A stretch of DNA of 64,000 nucleotides. It comes from Candidatus Omnitrophota bacterium. Its GTDB lineage: Bacteria; Omnitrophota; Omnitrophia; Omnitrophales; Aquincolibacteriaceae. This document shows positions 1 to 9,397 of this stretch, in pieces. The notes under the pieces were generated by a model. It was not told the DNA's origin, made no database searches, and worked only from the letters and a program-made list of their open reading frames with translations. How positions within the stretch are numbered: position 1 is the stretch's first letter; every line of letters begins with the position of its first letter. The translations under genes and the position numbers were made by a program. The stretch is taken from the NCBI GenBank assembly GCA_903884815.1, contig CAISGE010000002.1, positions 109,955 through 173,954 on the forward strand, given 5' to 3'.

Positions 1-5
1 ACTCG

Positions 6-3000
6 GTGCTTCTCGCGACGGTGGCCGGTAATGTCACGACTTATACGGCGAAGGGGCTTGCGCCGAGTACGGATTATATCTTCACGGTCAAAGCGAAGGA
101 TGCCGCGTCAAACTACTCGGATCCAAGCGACCCGCTCACGGTCAGAACGGCACCGGACACCCAGGCTCCGTCAGCTCCGGCGGGGCTTCATTACTCGAAA
201 TTGAAGCGGGAGACCGTGACGCTCTCCTGGAGCGCTTCGACGGACGATATCGGCGTGACGGGTTATCAGATCTTCGAGAACGGAACATTTCTAGCGGACG
301 TACTGTCCGGCACGACCTACTCGGTCACCGGGCTCACGGCGTCGACGACTTATACCTTCACGGTCAGAGCCAAGGATCTTGCAGCTAACGCCTCCGCCTT
401 TTGCACTCCGGTGACATTTACCACGAAATCACTTACCGATGATGTGGCCGATCCCGTGATCAGCATCGGTTTACCCAGCGTGACATCTGCGGTCGCGACG
501 ATCAACTGGACGACCGACGAAGCCAGCGATTCTCAGGTGGAGTACCGGGTTAAGGGGACCACTGCTTGGATGCCCACAAGCACTGACCCTTCTCTTGTGA
601 CAAGCCATTCGGTGGCGCTTACCGGGCTGACTGCGGGTGTGATCTATGAATACCATGTGAAATCCTCGGATGCTTCGGGCAATCTTGCGGACAGTCTCGA
701 TACCCAGGCGACGCCATCTATCTTGACGACGCCGTCTCCTTCCTTTGGCTTGGATCCCGTGATCAGTGCCCAGCCCGTGGGAGGGCAAATCCAGAACGGC
801 AACGATATGACTTTAGGCGTGGCGGCGAGCGTGCCTGCCGGTTCCACCGTGGCGTATCAATGGCAGAAAGACGGCGTCGACATCAACGGAGCGACGAATA
901 GCAGTTACCTGCTTTCCGGAGCGAGTCCTGCTTTAGCCGGGAGTTACCGTTGCATCGTCAAGCGAATGAGCGGCACAACGGTGCTTAGTCAGGTCCCGAG
1001 CGCTGCGGCCGCGGTGACCGTCTCGCCTCTCTATCCGTTGATCTACGGTATCGCCGTGGCGGCTAAGGCTGCGAGTGCGACCATTACCTGGGGTACCTCC
1101 ACAGCCAGCGATTCTAAGGTGATGTACCGGGCGCAGGGGGCCTCGGCCTGGGAGACGGCCACGAGTTCTGATTCGCTCGTAAAAAATCACTCAGTCATGC
1201 TTACCGGGCTTATGGCGGGCACGCTTTATGAGTACCGAGTGAACTCCACGGACAGCGCGTACCGTTCCGCGGACGAGATGAAGCCCGCTGCTTTTACAAC
1301 GGCCCCTTCCGCAAGTTCCACAGATACGATCGTTCCCACGCTCAAGGTGGCGAGTGAGAATATAAACGGCACCGTGACCGACATTGTGAAACTCTCGGCC
1401 TACAGTAACGATGCCGACGCGCCTTCCATTCGATTCCAGCTGGACGGAAATAATCTGACCATAGGCACTCCCACGAATAATACGTTTGATTGGGATACGA
1501 CCCAAACGACCAACGGCGCCCACGTCATCAGCGCGATAGCGACAGACAGCGCCGGCAACACAACGACGATGTTTTTTAACCTGAGGGTTATGAATTATCC
1601 CATTTACTCGGTCTATTTGGAGAGGAATGCGACGGATGTGACCGTGAACTGGAAAACACTTTCCAATTCGAATACCCAGGTGGAATACGTCCGTGTCGAG
1701 GATAACGGAAGCGTTTCAGCGATCGTTTCTTCCCAGGTGCCGGATGACAACACTCCGACTCGCGAACATTCGATAATGCTCAAGGGTCTGGAGCCGGGCG
1801 CGACCTATTATTACCGCGTGAAGTCCACGAATGACGCGGGCACGGAAGTGTCAAGCGACTACATGTTCACGACCGCACAGCTTCCAACCACGGATGCTCC
1901 GCAAATTAGTAGCGAAGGCGCGACCCCTGTTTCGCTCGAAAAGGATATGACGTGGGTGTTCGCGGGCGATAGCATCACGAGCTTGCATGAATACAACGTG
2001 TACATGGAGGCGTATTACCAGCTGCGCTATCCCGGCATGGATTTTCATTTTCGCGAAGCCGCGGGTAGCGGACAGCAAATTATTGGTTTCACGAACTACG
2101 GCAGATATGACTATTGGGCTTATTCCTGGGACCCGGATATTGTGAGCGCTTCGATCTGCAACGGGCCTGCCGTCCGGGATTTGGTCCGGGGTCAGCTGGA
2201 CGATCTTGCCCATAATTTCATTGAGGGAGAGAGTGGCGCGATCCCGGTAATATTCGGTACTATTCCGGCGCCAAGCGGTCTTAGCAACTGGGCAAATGAG
2301 GTTTTCAACGATGCGTACACTTCGTTTGCAAAAGACAATGGCTATCTCTACACGGATGACTTCGGACCGCTCAATGATCTCTGGACCGCCAATCGCAATT
2401 CGGCGAATCCGATTCCTTTTGAAGAAGCGACCCCGGATCATCCGGGACCCACGCCCCAGGCGAGCATCGCTTATGAAAGACTGAGCCAATTGGGAGCGGA
2501 CCCCTTGGTGAGCTCGGCCACGATCAACGCTGCCGCGACGGGAACCGCGACCGATCCCGTGGTTACGGCGCATAACAAAACGACCATCGACGACAAATCG
2601 ATCTACGTCTCCCCGGGGAAGGACCTCATCGAATTCACGCGGCTTGATGACCGGTTGCCGATGGCGATCCCCACCGACAAATCGCTCTTATTACAGCCGG
2701 ACATTGTAAAGCTCAATCAATATATGCTGCAGGTAAACGGCTTGCAAGCCGGGACCTACAAGGTCTATATCGATGGACAAGAATCGGCCACGGTCACCTC
2801 GGGGCAGCTTGCGAATGGCTGGAACATGGCCGCCATGGCCATGACGCAAGGTCCGATCCACGACCAGTTGCAACGCGTGCTCGACGCCATTTACGCTAAA
2901 GAGGGCCTGGGCCCGAACCCAAATACCGTACCACAAACCTACGGGGTCCAGCTACATACAGGAGTCAATAATTTTCAGAACTATGCCAGTTTATATTATA

Positions 3001-3134
3001 GCCAAGGTTATCGCGGCGAGGACCTGAAGGCCAAGCTCGCCCCCCAGATTGCCGCGCTCGAGGCTTTGGATCAAGCCATCTATGATGCGGCCAAACCCGT
3101 CGAAAGAACGTTCAGGTTGGTCAGAATCAGTTGA
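6..3134 (+). CDS. Large secreted multidomain protein, 5'-truncated at the window edge. It has Fn3 and purple-acid-phosphatase-N-like repeats, an Ig-like domain and a C-terminal SGNH/GDSL-hydrolase-like domain.
   Basis: ORF runs from the window edge. Repeated Fn3 signatures (APSAPAGL...TYTFTVRAKD), an Ig-like block (YQWQKDGVDINGATNSSYLL...YRCIV) and an SGNH block I (WVFAGDSIT). Confidence 0.6.
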   Translation: MLLATVAGNVTTYTAKGLAPSTDYIFTVKAKDAASNYSDPSDPLTVRTAPDTQAPSAPAGLHYSKLKRETVTLSWSASTDDIGVTGYQIFENGTFLADVLSGTTYSVTGLTASTTYTFTVRAKDLAANASAFCTPVTFTTKSLTDDVADPVISIGLPSVTSAVATINWTTDEASDSQVEYRVKGTTAWMPTSTDPSLVTSHSVALTGLTAGVIYEYHVKSSDASGNLADSLDTQATPSILTTPSPSFGLDPVISAQPVGGQIQNGNDMTLGVAASVPAGSTVAYQWQKDGVDINGATNSSYLLSGASPALAGSYRCIVKRMSGTTVLSQVPSAAAAVTVSPLYPLIYGIAVAAKAASATITWGTSTASDSKVMYRAQGASAWETATSSDSLVKNHSVMLTGLMAGTLYEYRVNSTDSAYRSADEMKPAAFTTAPSASSTDTIVPTLKVASENINGTVTDIVKLSAYSNDADAPSIRFQLDGNNLTIGTPTNNTFDWDTTQTTNGAHVISAIATDSAGNTTTMFFNLRVMNYPIYSVYLERNATDVTVNWKTLSNSNTQVEYVRVEDNGSVSAIVSSQVPDDNTPTREHSIMLKGLEPGATYYYRVKSTNDAGTEVSSDYMFTTAQLPTTDAPQISSEGATPVSLEKDMTWVFAGDSITSLHEYNVYMEAYYQLRYPGMDFHFREAAGSGQQIIGFTNYGRYDYWAYSWDPDIVSASICNGPAVRDLVRGQLDDLAHNFIEGESGAIPVIFGTIPAPSGLSNWANEVFNDAYTSFAKDNGYLYTDDFGPLNDLWTANRNSANPIPFEEATPDHPGPTPQASIAYERLSQLGADPLVSSATINAAATGTATDPVVTAHNKTTIDDKSIYVSPGKDLIEFTRLDDRLPMAIPTDKSLLLQPDIVKLNQYMLQVNGLQAGTYKVYIDGQESATVTSGQLANGWNMAAMAMTQGPIHDQLQRVLDAIYAKEGLGPNPNTVPQTYGVQLHTGVNNFQNYASLYYSQGYRGEDLKAKLAPQIAALEALDQAIYDAAKPVERTFRLVRIS

Positions 3135-3243
3135 AGTCCGGGGCGCGCGCAGGCCCGCCGCAAGCTGGCGCTGCCGGAGTGAACGACGAAGACTTTGTCT
3201 TGATCTGGCGAATCGACCACAAAGACTAAGAGTCGCAAAAACG

Positions 3244-3315
3244 GTATGTGGCATGTCGTATGTCACATGAAATAGCGAAGCTGCGTTGTCTTTTCGACAT
3301 ACTACATACGACATA
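3244..3315. repeat. Imperfect inverted repeat of GTATGT motifs (GTATGTGGCATGTCGTATGT ... ACATACTACATACGACATAC) between convergent genes. Possibly a bidirectional terminator or protein-binding site.
   Basis: Read directly from the sequence. Lies between the stop codons of the + strand gene (3134) and the - strand gene (3379). Confidence 0.3.
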
Positions 3316-3378
3316 CGCTGTATGAGATAAATAAAGCAATGGCCCCAGGGTCTAGCAGCGTTCTCGAGAGCCCTGTCT

Positions 3379-5661
3379 TTAGCTGGCGAAAGTCTTGACG
3401 GGTTTGGGCTGCACGAGCGGGAGGACGAAAGAGAAGGTGCTGCCCTTCTTGAATTCCGATTCAATTTCGATCTGGCCGTGATGCTGTTCTACGATCTTCT
3501 TCGAGATCGCAAGTCCCAACCCCGTGCCGCCCGGCGCGACGAGCTTGGCCGATTCCAGCTGGCCGAATTTCCGAAAGAGCTTCGGGATATCTTTTTGCTG
3601 GACGCCGATCCCCGTGTCTTTGACCGAGACCTTGATACCCTCCGGGGTTGCGGCTGTGACGAGCGTGATCTCGCCTTGAAGCGTAAATTTGATGGAATTC
3701 TGGATAAGATTGGTCAGTACCTGGAGGATCTTGTCGCGGTCGAGTTCGGGATGAGGGAGGTGGGGTTGGAGCTCCAGCTTTAAAATAAGATTTTTGTTTT
3801 CCACCAGCGGTCGCATGGCGAGGGCGGCTTCTTCGAGGAGCTTATTAACATTCTCCTTTTTCATGTGGAACTCGATCACGCCGGCTTCCATTTTGTGAAA
3901 GGCGAGAACATCGTTGACGAGCCGCACCAGCCGGTCGACGCAGCGCTTGGAGATATTGAGCACTTCTTTTTGCTCGGCCGTGATCTCGCCTGTCAGCCCC
4001 TCAAGGATGATGCTCAGACCTTCCTTAACAGAGTGAATTGGCGTGCGGAGCTCATGGGAAACCATTTGGATGAGCTCTGCCTTGATCTCAAGGGATTCTT
4101 TGTATTTGTGCTCGGTTACGTCCTTGGCGAAACAGTAAAATCCGTCAAAGTTCCCGTCTTTGTCCAGAGCCCGCACAATACAAACATACTGGTGGAAGAT
4201 CGAGCCGTCCTTCCGGAGGGCTTTCACCTCGGTTTCGGCTTTGCCCGAGCGCTTCATTTCTTCGAACGCCATCCCAGCTTTGCCCGCATCCTCCGGGCAG
4301 ATCGTCGTCATACGATTCAGGCCAACCATTTCGTCCGGGGTGTAACCCATCATGGCGGCGTAGGCCTTATTGACGCTCAGGATCTTTTTCTGGGGGTCCA
4401 TGCGGGCGATGCCGTCAAGCGCGTATTCCATCGCGATAGAAAAATCCCGAAGCTGCTTTTCGGACAGGATCCTTTCGGTGATATCCTCCGAGATACCGAG
4501 CAGGTAAGCGGGTTTTCCCTGAGCGTCAAGGATCGGGATTTTCTTCGTGTGGAGGATCCGCACGCCTTTTTTATTTGTGTGAATGGATTCTTCCCGGATC
4601 TCCAGAAGGGCTCCGCCGAGGAGCGTTTGCCGGTCTTTTTCCACGAAGGCGTCTGCCTCGGGCTTTGGAAAAAAGGAATAGTCGTTTTTCCCGATCAATT
4701 CTTCGCGTTTGTGTCCGACGAGCTCTTCGCCCGCGCGGTTGAAGCGTACAAAGCGCAGCTCGTTCGCCTCCTTGATAAAGACCATGTCGGGAATGTTCTC
4801 GATGATCGAATCCAGAAAGGAGTTCGTCTGACGCAGCTCCTTTTCGATACGGATTCTCTGGTCGATCTGCTCCCGCAGTTCCTCGTTTGAAAGTCCAAGT
4901 TGGCGCGATTTCTGCTCAAGCTCCGAGGTTCTTTCGGCGACCTTCAGCTCCAGGGCTTCATTCATGTGTTTGAATCCCTGAAGGTAGACCCCGAGCTTCT
5001 TAAGCGTTGGCAAGAACACAAGCGCGCCGATCAAGACGAGGCAAAAAAAGTTTAAAACAAAGAGTGCCCGTCCAAGATTTTGAAGCGCGAGGATCTGCAC
5101 GCCGTTGTCTTTCTGGAATTTCTTGATCGATGAGCGCAGTGTGCCAAGAAGGCGGGTGCTTTTCGCCTGGAAAGCTACAAGCTGAAGATTGTCCGCGTGG
5201 ACCCTGACCGGGGAGCTGACCAGGAACTTTTTTAATGACGAAACGTATTCTTCCAGTTCCAGGTTCAGCGGGGCGGAGGAGGAATAATAGAGTCTGCGGA
5301 GGACGTTGATCAGGTGGAGAGGGAGTTGTGTTTTCTCGGAAACAATATCGTTGGAGGTGGTGCTGAAGACCAACAGGGAATTGAGATCGTCGTGGACGCT
5401 TGCCCGCAGGTCGGCGCGTTCCTGGGGATCCATCGATTGCGCGTAGGCGATCGACAAAAAAGACGTTTTTTGGATAAGGCTGTACTGACCTTCCATGAAG
5501 CCGATGATCGCTGCGTCACGTTCCGCGTGGACGATTTGGTGATTCATCACGGAGAAGTTTCCGACCGCAAAACAAGCGAGGAAAATGAATGAGAAAAGGA
5601 ATTTCAGATTGGTCGCGAGGAGGACGGAATCGCGACGGGCTTTCACAGGTTTTTTTTCCAT
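3379..5661 (-). CDS. Sensor histidine kinase with an N-terminal two-TM periplasmic sensor region, two PAS domains, HisKA and HATPase_c.
   Basis: H-box (MVSHELRTPIHSV), a coiled-coil linker, PAS-like segments, and G-box residues near the C-terminus (GGTGLGLAISKKIVEQHHG). I preferred the ATG start at 5661 (MEKKPVKARR); the six-frame track extends to a TTG at 5685 that overlaps the upstream gene's stop. Confidence 0.8.
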   Translation of the reverse strand: MEKKPVKARRDSVLLATNLKFLFSFIFLACFAVGNFSVMNHQIVHAERDAAIIGFMEGQYSLIQKTSFLSIAYAQSMDPQERADLRASVHDDLNSLLVFSTTSNDIVSEKTQLPLHLINVLRRLYYSSSAPLNLELEEYVSSLKKFLVSSPVRVHADNLQLVAFQAKSTRLLGTLRSSIKKFQKDNGVQILALQNLGRALFVLNFFCLVLIGALVFLPTLKKLGVYLQGFKHMNEALELKVAERTSELEQKSRQLGLSNEELREQIDQRIRIEKELRQTNSFLDSIIENIPDMVFIKEANELRFVRFNRAGEELVGHKREELIGKNDYSFFPKPEADAFVEKDRQTLLGGALLEIREESIHTNKKGVRILHTKKIPILDAQGKPAYLLGISEDITERILSEKQLRDFSIAMEYALDGIARMDPQKKILSVNKAYAAMMGYTPDEMVGLNRMTTICPEDAGKAGMAFEEMKRSGKAETEVKALRKDGSIFHQYVCIVRALDKDGNFDGFYCFAKDVTEHKYKESLEIKAELIQMVSHELRTPIHSVKEGLSIILEGLTGEITAEQKEVLNISKRCVDRLVRLVNDVLAFHKMEAGVIEFHMKKENVNKLLEEAALAMRPLVENKNLILKLELQPHLPHPELDRDKILQVLTNLIQNSIKFTLQGEITLVTAATPEGIKVSVKDTGIGVQQKDIPKLFRKFGQLESAKLVAPGGTGLGLAISKKIVEQHHGQIEIESEFKKGSTFSFVLPLVQPKPVKTFAS

Positions 5662-5681
5662 AGCCTTTTCAGGAGCGTGGC

Positions 5682-7373
5682 TCAAGCGGGCATTCCGAGG
5701 TAGAATCCCTGGCCGTATTTTACGCCAAGCTCCTTAAGTTTGTCGAGGTCTTCTAAGGTCTCGATGCCTTCGGCTATCACTTCGGCGTTGAGGTCTGCCG
5801 CGATCTTGAGGGTGCGGCGCAGAGAACGTTCAATGTGAAGGTCCTGGGCGATCCCGCGTATGTATTTTTTATCCAGCTTGATCACGTCGGGCTCCAGCAA
5901 AATGAGACTTTCCAGACAGGTGTTCCCGAACCCCACGTCATCGACGGCGATCGAAATGCCATAACGTTTGAGCTCCTCGACAGGGCCGATCAGATGCGAG
6001 GGCTCACCGAGGATTTGCTGCTCGCTGATCTCAAGGCAGTAGCTTTGGGCCGGGCAATTCGTCACGAGTTTCTGGACAAGGTCCTCCACCGCAAGGTCAA
6101 TGATCGTGGCCGGAAAAAGGTTGATGTGCCGGTGCATGGCGGGAGGTAGAGAGGCCGAAGCCGAGACGCAGGAGCGGAAACAGTGATGATCGACCAAGGT
6201 CAGCATGTTGTTTTCCATTGCGAGCCGGAAAAATTCGTCGGGGGTGTGAACGCCGCTATTTTGAAGGCGCGAAAGGAATTCGTAGCCGATGATCGACAGG
6301 TTGTCCAGACGAAGGATCGGCTGTTTCACCGCGAAGAAATCCGTCCCCCGTCGCATGAGTTCGGTCATATGCCCCGCGTCGGCCCCCAGGATCAGCTCTT
6401 CCGCTTCGCCGGGCGTTTGATACGAAATTCGGTTTTTCCCTTCCTTCTTGCTTTGTCTCAGAAAGGGGTCGGAAATGGCCAGAAGATCATCGACGGAGGT
6501 CACGTGAGACGGCACGGAAGAAAGTCCAAAGCTGGCCGTGATGCGGAGGGACTCTTTGTCTGAAATGACGATGGTGGTGTTCGAAATCGCGAACCGGAGA
6601 CGCTCGGCTAGCTGAAGTCCTTCCTTCAGCGGTGTTTTCGGCAGAAGCAGGATGAACTCATCGCCGCCGATCCGCGCTACGTGATCGGAGATGCGCACCG
6701 AATCCCGGATCTTTTTCGCGGTCTCCTTCAGGAGAAGATCGCCGACGGGATGGCCCAGCGTATCATTGATCCGTTTCAAGTCGTCGATATCCAAAATAAG
6801 GACCATTAATCTTCCGCCCTCGCGGGTCAGGACCTGGGTTTCGCGGCGGAGGACTTGCTGGAGGCCGCGGCGGTTGTAAAGTTCGGTCAGGGGATCAAGA
6901 AGCGCCATTTTTTCAAGACGCAGATTGCTTTCGCGAAGGCGTCCGGTGACTGAAGCGAGCTTCTCTTTGATCCGGTGGCGGTCGATCGCGTGATGCAAAA
7001 TGCGGAGCAGGAGCCTCGAATTGATCTCGCCTTTGATCAGGTAGTCTTCCGCCCCTTTGCGGACAGCGTCGATCGCGAGGGTGTCGCTGTCCAGGCCGCT
7101 CATGATCACGATGGGAGTATGGCGCGCCTGGGCCCGGAGAGAAACAAAGGTCTGGATGCCGGAGGAGTCGGGGAGCATCAGGTCGAGCAGGATCAGGTCC
7201 CAGCCCGTTTCGGCGATGGCTTCCAGGGCTTGCCGCAGAGTGGGAACCCATGTGATATCGAGTGGGGGATTTGCCTCTTTGCTGAGGCGGATCTTCATGA
7301 TCTCCGCGAAATCCTGCTCGTCTTCGACGAGGAGTACCTTCCATCCGGGTTGCGTGAACTTTTCCTGGTCCAT
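5682..7373 (-). CDS. Response regulator with REC, GGDEF and EAL domains (c-di-GMP turnover).
   Basis: N-terminal REC (KVLLVEDEQDFAEIM...LILLDLMLPD). GGDEF motif (RIGGDEFILLL). EAL-type motifs (EFLSRL, DDVGFGNTCLESL). RBS AAGGGAG upstream. Its stop lies 20 nt from the kinase start, or overlaps it if the kinase uses the TTG start. Confidence 0.8.
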   Translation of the reverse strand: MDQEKFTQPGWKVLLVEDEQDFAEIMKIRLSKEANPPLDITWVPTLRQALEAIAETGWDLILLDLMLPDSSGIQTFVSLRAQARHTPIVIMSGLDSDTLAIDAVRKGAEDYLIKGEINSRLLLRILHHAIDRHRIKEKLASVTGRLRESNLRLEKMALLDPLTELYNRRGLQQVLRRETQVLTREGGRLMVLILDIDDLKRINDTLGHPVGDLLLKETAKKIRDSVRISDHVARIGGDEFILLLPKTPLKEGLQLAERLRFAISNTTIVISDKESLRITASFGLSSVPSHVTSVDDLLAISDPFLRQSKKEGKNRISYQTPGEAEELILGADAGHMTELMRRGTDFFAVKQPILRLDNLSIIGYEFLSRLQNSGVHTPDEFFRLAMENNMLTLVDHHCFRSCVSASASLPPAMHRHINLFPATIIDLAVEDLVQKLVTNCPAQSYCLEISEQQILGEPSHLIGPVEELKRYGISIAVDDVGFGNTCLESLILLEPDVIKLDKKYIRGIAQDLHIERSLRRTLKIAADLNAEVIAEGIETLEDLDKLKELGVKYGQGFYLGMPA

Positions 7374-7432
7374 CTCCGCACTCCCTTTTCCGTCCCGGGG
7401 ATCCCTTCCCGGGGCTTCATCCTGCCTAGCGC

Positions 7433-7828
7433 CTAAACATCGGGAAGGATTTTCTTGATCGCGTCAAAGAGATCGCTGAATTCATACGGCTTTGTCAAAT
7501 AAGCGTCGGCCCCGATGACCTTGCCCAGGATCTTATCGACAATGGAATCTTTCCCCGTCAACATAATGATGGGAATTTTCACCAGGTTTTCATCAAAACT
7601 TTCCCGGAGCGCTTTGCAGACTTCCTCGCCGGGGAGTTTGGGGATCATGAGATCAAGAATGATAAGGTCGGGGAGGGTTTCCGTGGCTTCTTTAAGACCG
7701 GTCATGCCGTCAAAGGCTGCTGAGACCGAGTAGCCTAGATTTTTCAGGCGCATGGTCAAAAACTTGCTGGCGCTGTATTCGTCTTCAATGATGAGGATTC
7801 TTTTTTTTGTAACGGATTTTTTTTCCAT
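7433..7828 (-). CDS. Single-domain CheY-like response regulator receiver protein.
   Basis: KKRILIIEDE...DLIILDLMIPKLPGEEV...IIMLTGK REC signature. The six-frame ORF extends to 7900, but no RBS precedes that start. The ATG at 7828 (MEKKSV) follows an A-rich AAAGAG motif. Confidence 0.7.
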   Translation of the reverse strand: MEKKSVTKKRILIIEDEYSASKFLTMRLKNLGYSVSAAFDGMTGLKEATETLPDLIILDLMIPKLPGEEVCKALRESFDENLVKIPIIMLTGKDSIVDKILGKVIGADAYLTKPYEFSDLFDAIKKILPDV

Positions 7829-8199
7829 GGGGCTCTTTTTTTCTGCAGGCAAATTAAATTTAGGGGTGGTGGTCTCTGACGCCATATCAACGATCCTCAT
7901 TTGGAATCAACAGGCCGCGCGAAACCGCAGCGGATCTTTTTCGCGAAAACGTTTCTTTTGAAACGGAACTTTCTTTAACTCGAAAGGAAGTATATCTGGC
8001 GAATGTGGAAAAAGCAAATCACGGGGATCTGAAAAGGGGCTAATTGCTATGGAAAACTCTAAAGAGAGATATCTTGTTTCATCCGTGAGGGCATTGCCAA
8101 TTCGTGCCACAACTTTTTTCTATAAATATGTGGCAAGGATTCTCTGGTTCGCCCTCTTACGAGGGAAGTCCTCTCGCCAAACGACAAGCCAAAATAGTT

Positions 8200-8466
8200 C
8201 TATGTCTTGCCGTTGAAGTCATCCACGGTGCGTTCCAAATCCTGGACCCGGTCGGATAAGGCGCTGACCGTTTCCGTCAGCTCCGCGATGCTCTGCTCCA
8301 TTTCATCCATTCTGTCGCTCCGCAGGGTTTTCTGAAGGTCCGCGACTTCCTGGGGAGTTCCGCTCATTCCGGTTTCTGCCGAATCATTTTCTGCGGCCGG
8401 CGCGACCGGAAGCGCGAACGAAAGAAGTCCTATTCCCAAAATTAAAACAGCCGTGATTTTTTTCAT
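8200..8466 (-). CDS. Small secreted protein with a signal peptide and a coiled-coil region; hypothetical.
   Basis: MKKITAVLILGIGLLSFALPVAPAAE signal peptide. RBS GAGGTGG sits 5 nt upstream of the ATG at 8466, and a TATACT -10-like hexamer lies further upstream. Confidence 0.45.
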   Translation of the reverse strand: MKKITAVLILGIGLLSFALPVAPAAENDSAETGMSGTPQEVADLQKTLRSDRMDEMEQSIAELTETVSALSDRVQDLERTVDDFNGKT

Positions 8467-8724
8467 CGAAGCCACCTCGAACGGGAGTATACCCTATCTT
8501 TGCAGAAAAGCAAAACATGGGAGGTTGTTTGATTTTTCGTCACAAAAATAGAAAGGGCCCACGGAACCCTCCAGGAAGCCTAAGCTTAGGCCTCCTGCAG
8601 AAAAAAAATCTTTACGGTTGTCTTTAGAGCGGGATTGTATGATACTTCCTCAGCAAAAAGGCCGTGAGCCCGGTCCGGAAGTCCGGATGTGAGGACGCGG
8701 TGTAAACCAAAAGGAGAAAGCATC

Positions 8725-9009
8725 ATGGCGAAGGCGAAAGCAAAAACGAAGGCAAAAGGAAAAGCAAACTCAGCGTTCATGAAACCGATGAAGATCAGCG
8801 AGAAACTCGCACCGGTGGTCGGCAAAGGTCCGATGCCCCGCAGCGAAGTCGTCAAGAAGCTCTGGGCCTACATCAAGAAGAATAAGCTCCAGGACACCAA
8901 GAACAAGCGCAACATCAATGCGGATGAGTCGCTCAAGGCCGTGTTCGCAGGCAAGAAGGTCGTCAATATGTTCGAGATGACCAAGCTCGTCAGCAAGCAT
9001 CTCTCTTAA
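8725..9009 (+). CDS. SWIB/MDM2 domain protein.
   Basis: Lysine-rich N-terminus followed by LAPVVGKGPMPRSEVVKKLWAYIKKNKLQDTKNKRNINADESLKAVFAGKKVVNMFEMTKLVSKHL, the canonical bacterial SWIB domain. RBS AAGGAGAAAG precedes the ATG at 8725. Confidence 0.7.
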   Translation: MAKAKAKTKAKGKANSAFMKPMKISEKLAPVVGKGPMPRSEVVKKLWAYIKKNKLQDTKNKRNINADESLKAVFAGKKVVNMFEMTKLVSKHLS

Positions 9010-9028
9010 GAAGCCCCTTTTTTCATTG

Positions 9029-9060
9029 CTCTATCCGCCGTCGTAAGGGGGCGGATAGAG
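9029..9060 (+). terminator. Perfect 11-bp GC-rich hairpin (CTCTATCCGCC-gtcgtaagg-GGCGGATAGAG) directly downstream of the SWIB gene. Putative terminator with no clear U-tract.
   Basis: Inverted repeat read from the sequence, 20 nt after the stop codon. Confidence 0.3.
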
Positions 9061-9329
9061 TCCGTGAAAATCCGGATTGAAAGGGATGGCCCTTCGCGGG
9101 CCATCCCGTTCTCCGAGGATCCTCTGCAAACGAAAACCCATTCCCTCTAACTTAGTAATTTCAGTGTTCGCATTCTGTTAATGTCAGGACCTTCCCCTCG
9201 GCGTTTCGGAAGAACCCTTATCTGAGGCGTGATCCGAAGTCCTCAAGCCGCTCCTTTCCACCGCCGTTCAAGTTTTTGCACCCATGCCATAAAGGGCGAC
9301 TTGGACGGCCCCAAGCCTTAAAGACATGT

Positions 9330-9357
9330 TATAGTTTCTATAGGTAGATGCCGAATC
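9330..9357 (+). promoter_or_regulatory. Weak sigma-28 (FliA)-like promoter candidate upstream of the pilin cluster: TATAGTTT-N12-GCCGAATC, versus the consensus TAAAGTTT-N11-GCCGATAA.
   Basis: Motif read from the sequence about 40 nt upstream of the first pilin ATG. The spacer is 1 nt longer than the consensus. Confidence 0.2.
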
Positions 9358-9397
9358 AATAGGCAACATAATCTTTTCACCTGAATGGGGGAAGGCC

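Noticed and set aside
3865-4890. 341-aa ORF on the plus strand
   Set aside because: It lies inside the histidine kinase gene on the opposite strand. The kinase has clear H- and G-box motifs.
8098-8113. Sigma-54-like TGGCACgaattGGCA on the minus strand upstream of the CheY-like gene
   Set aside because: The GG/GC spacing is 1 nt shorter than the obligatory -24/-12 geometry, so it is probably not functional.
8586-8855. 89-aa ORF on the minus strand overlapping the SWIB gene
   Set aside because: The SWIB ORF on the + strand has a strong RBS and a clear domain match. The minus ORF is a shadow.
9061-9397. Possible small RNA or sigma-54 promoter in the 340-nt gap before the pilin cluster
   Set aside because: I saw no convincing TGGCAC-N5-TTGC motif or stable structure. 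I noted only the weak sigma-28-like motif.
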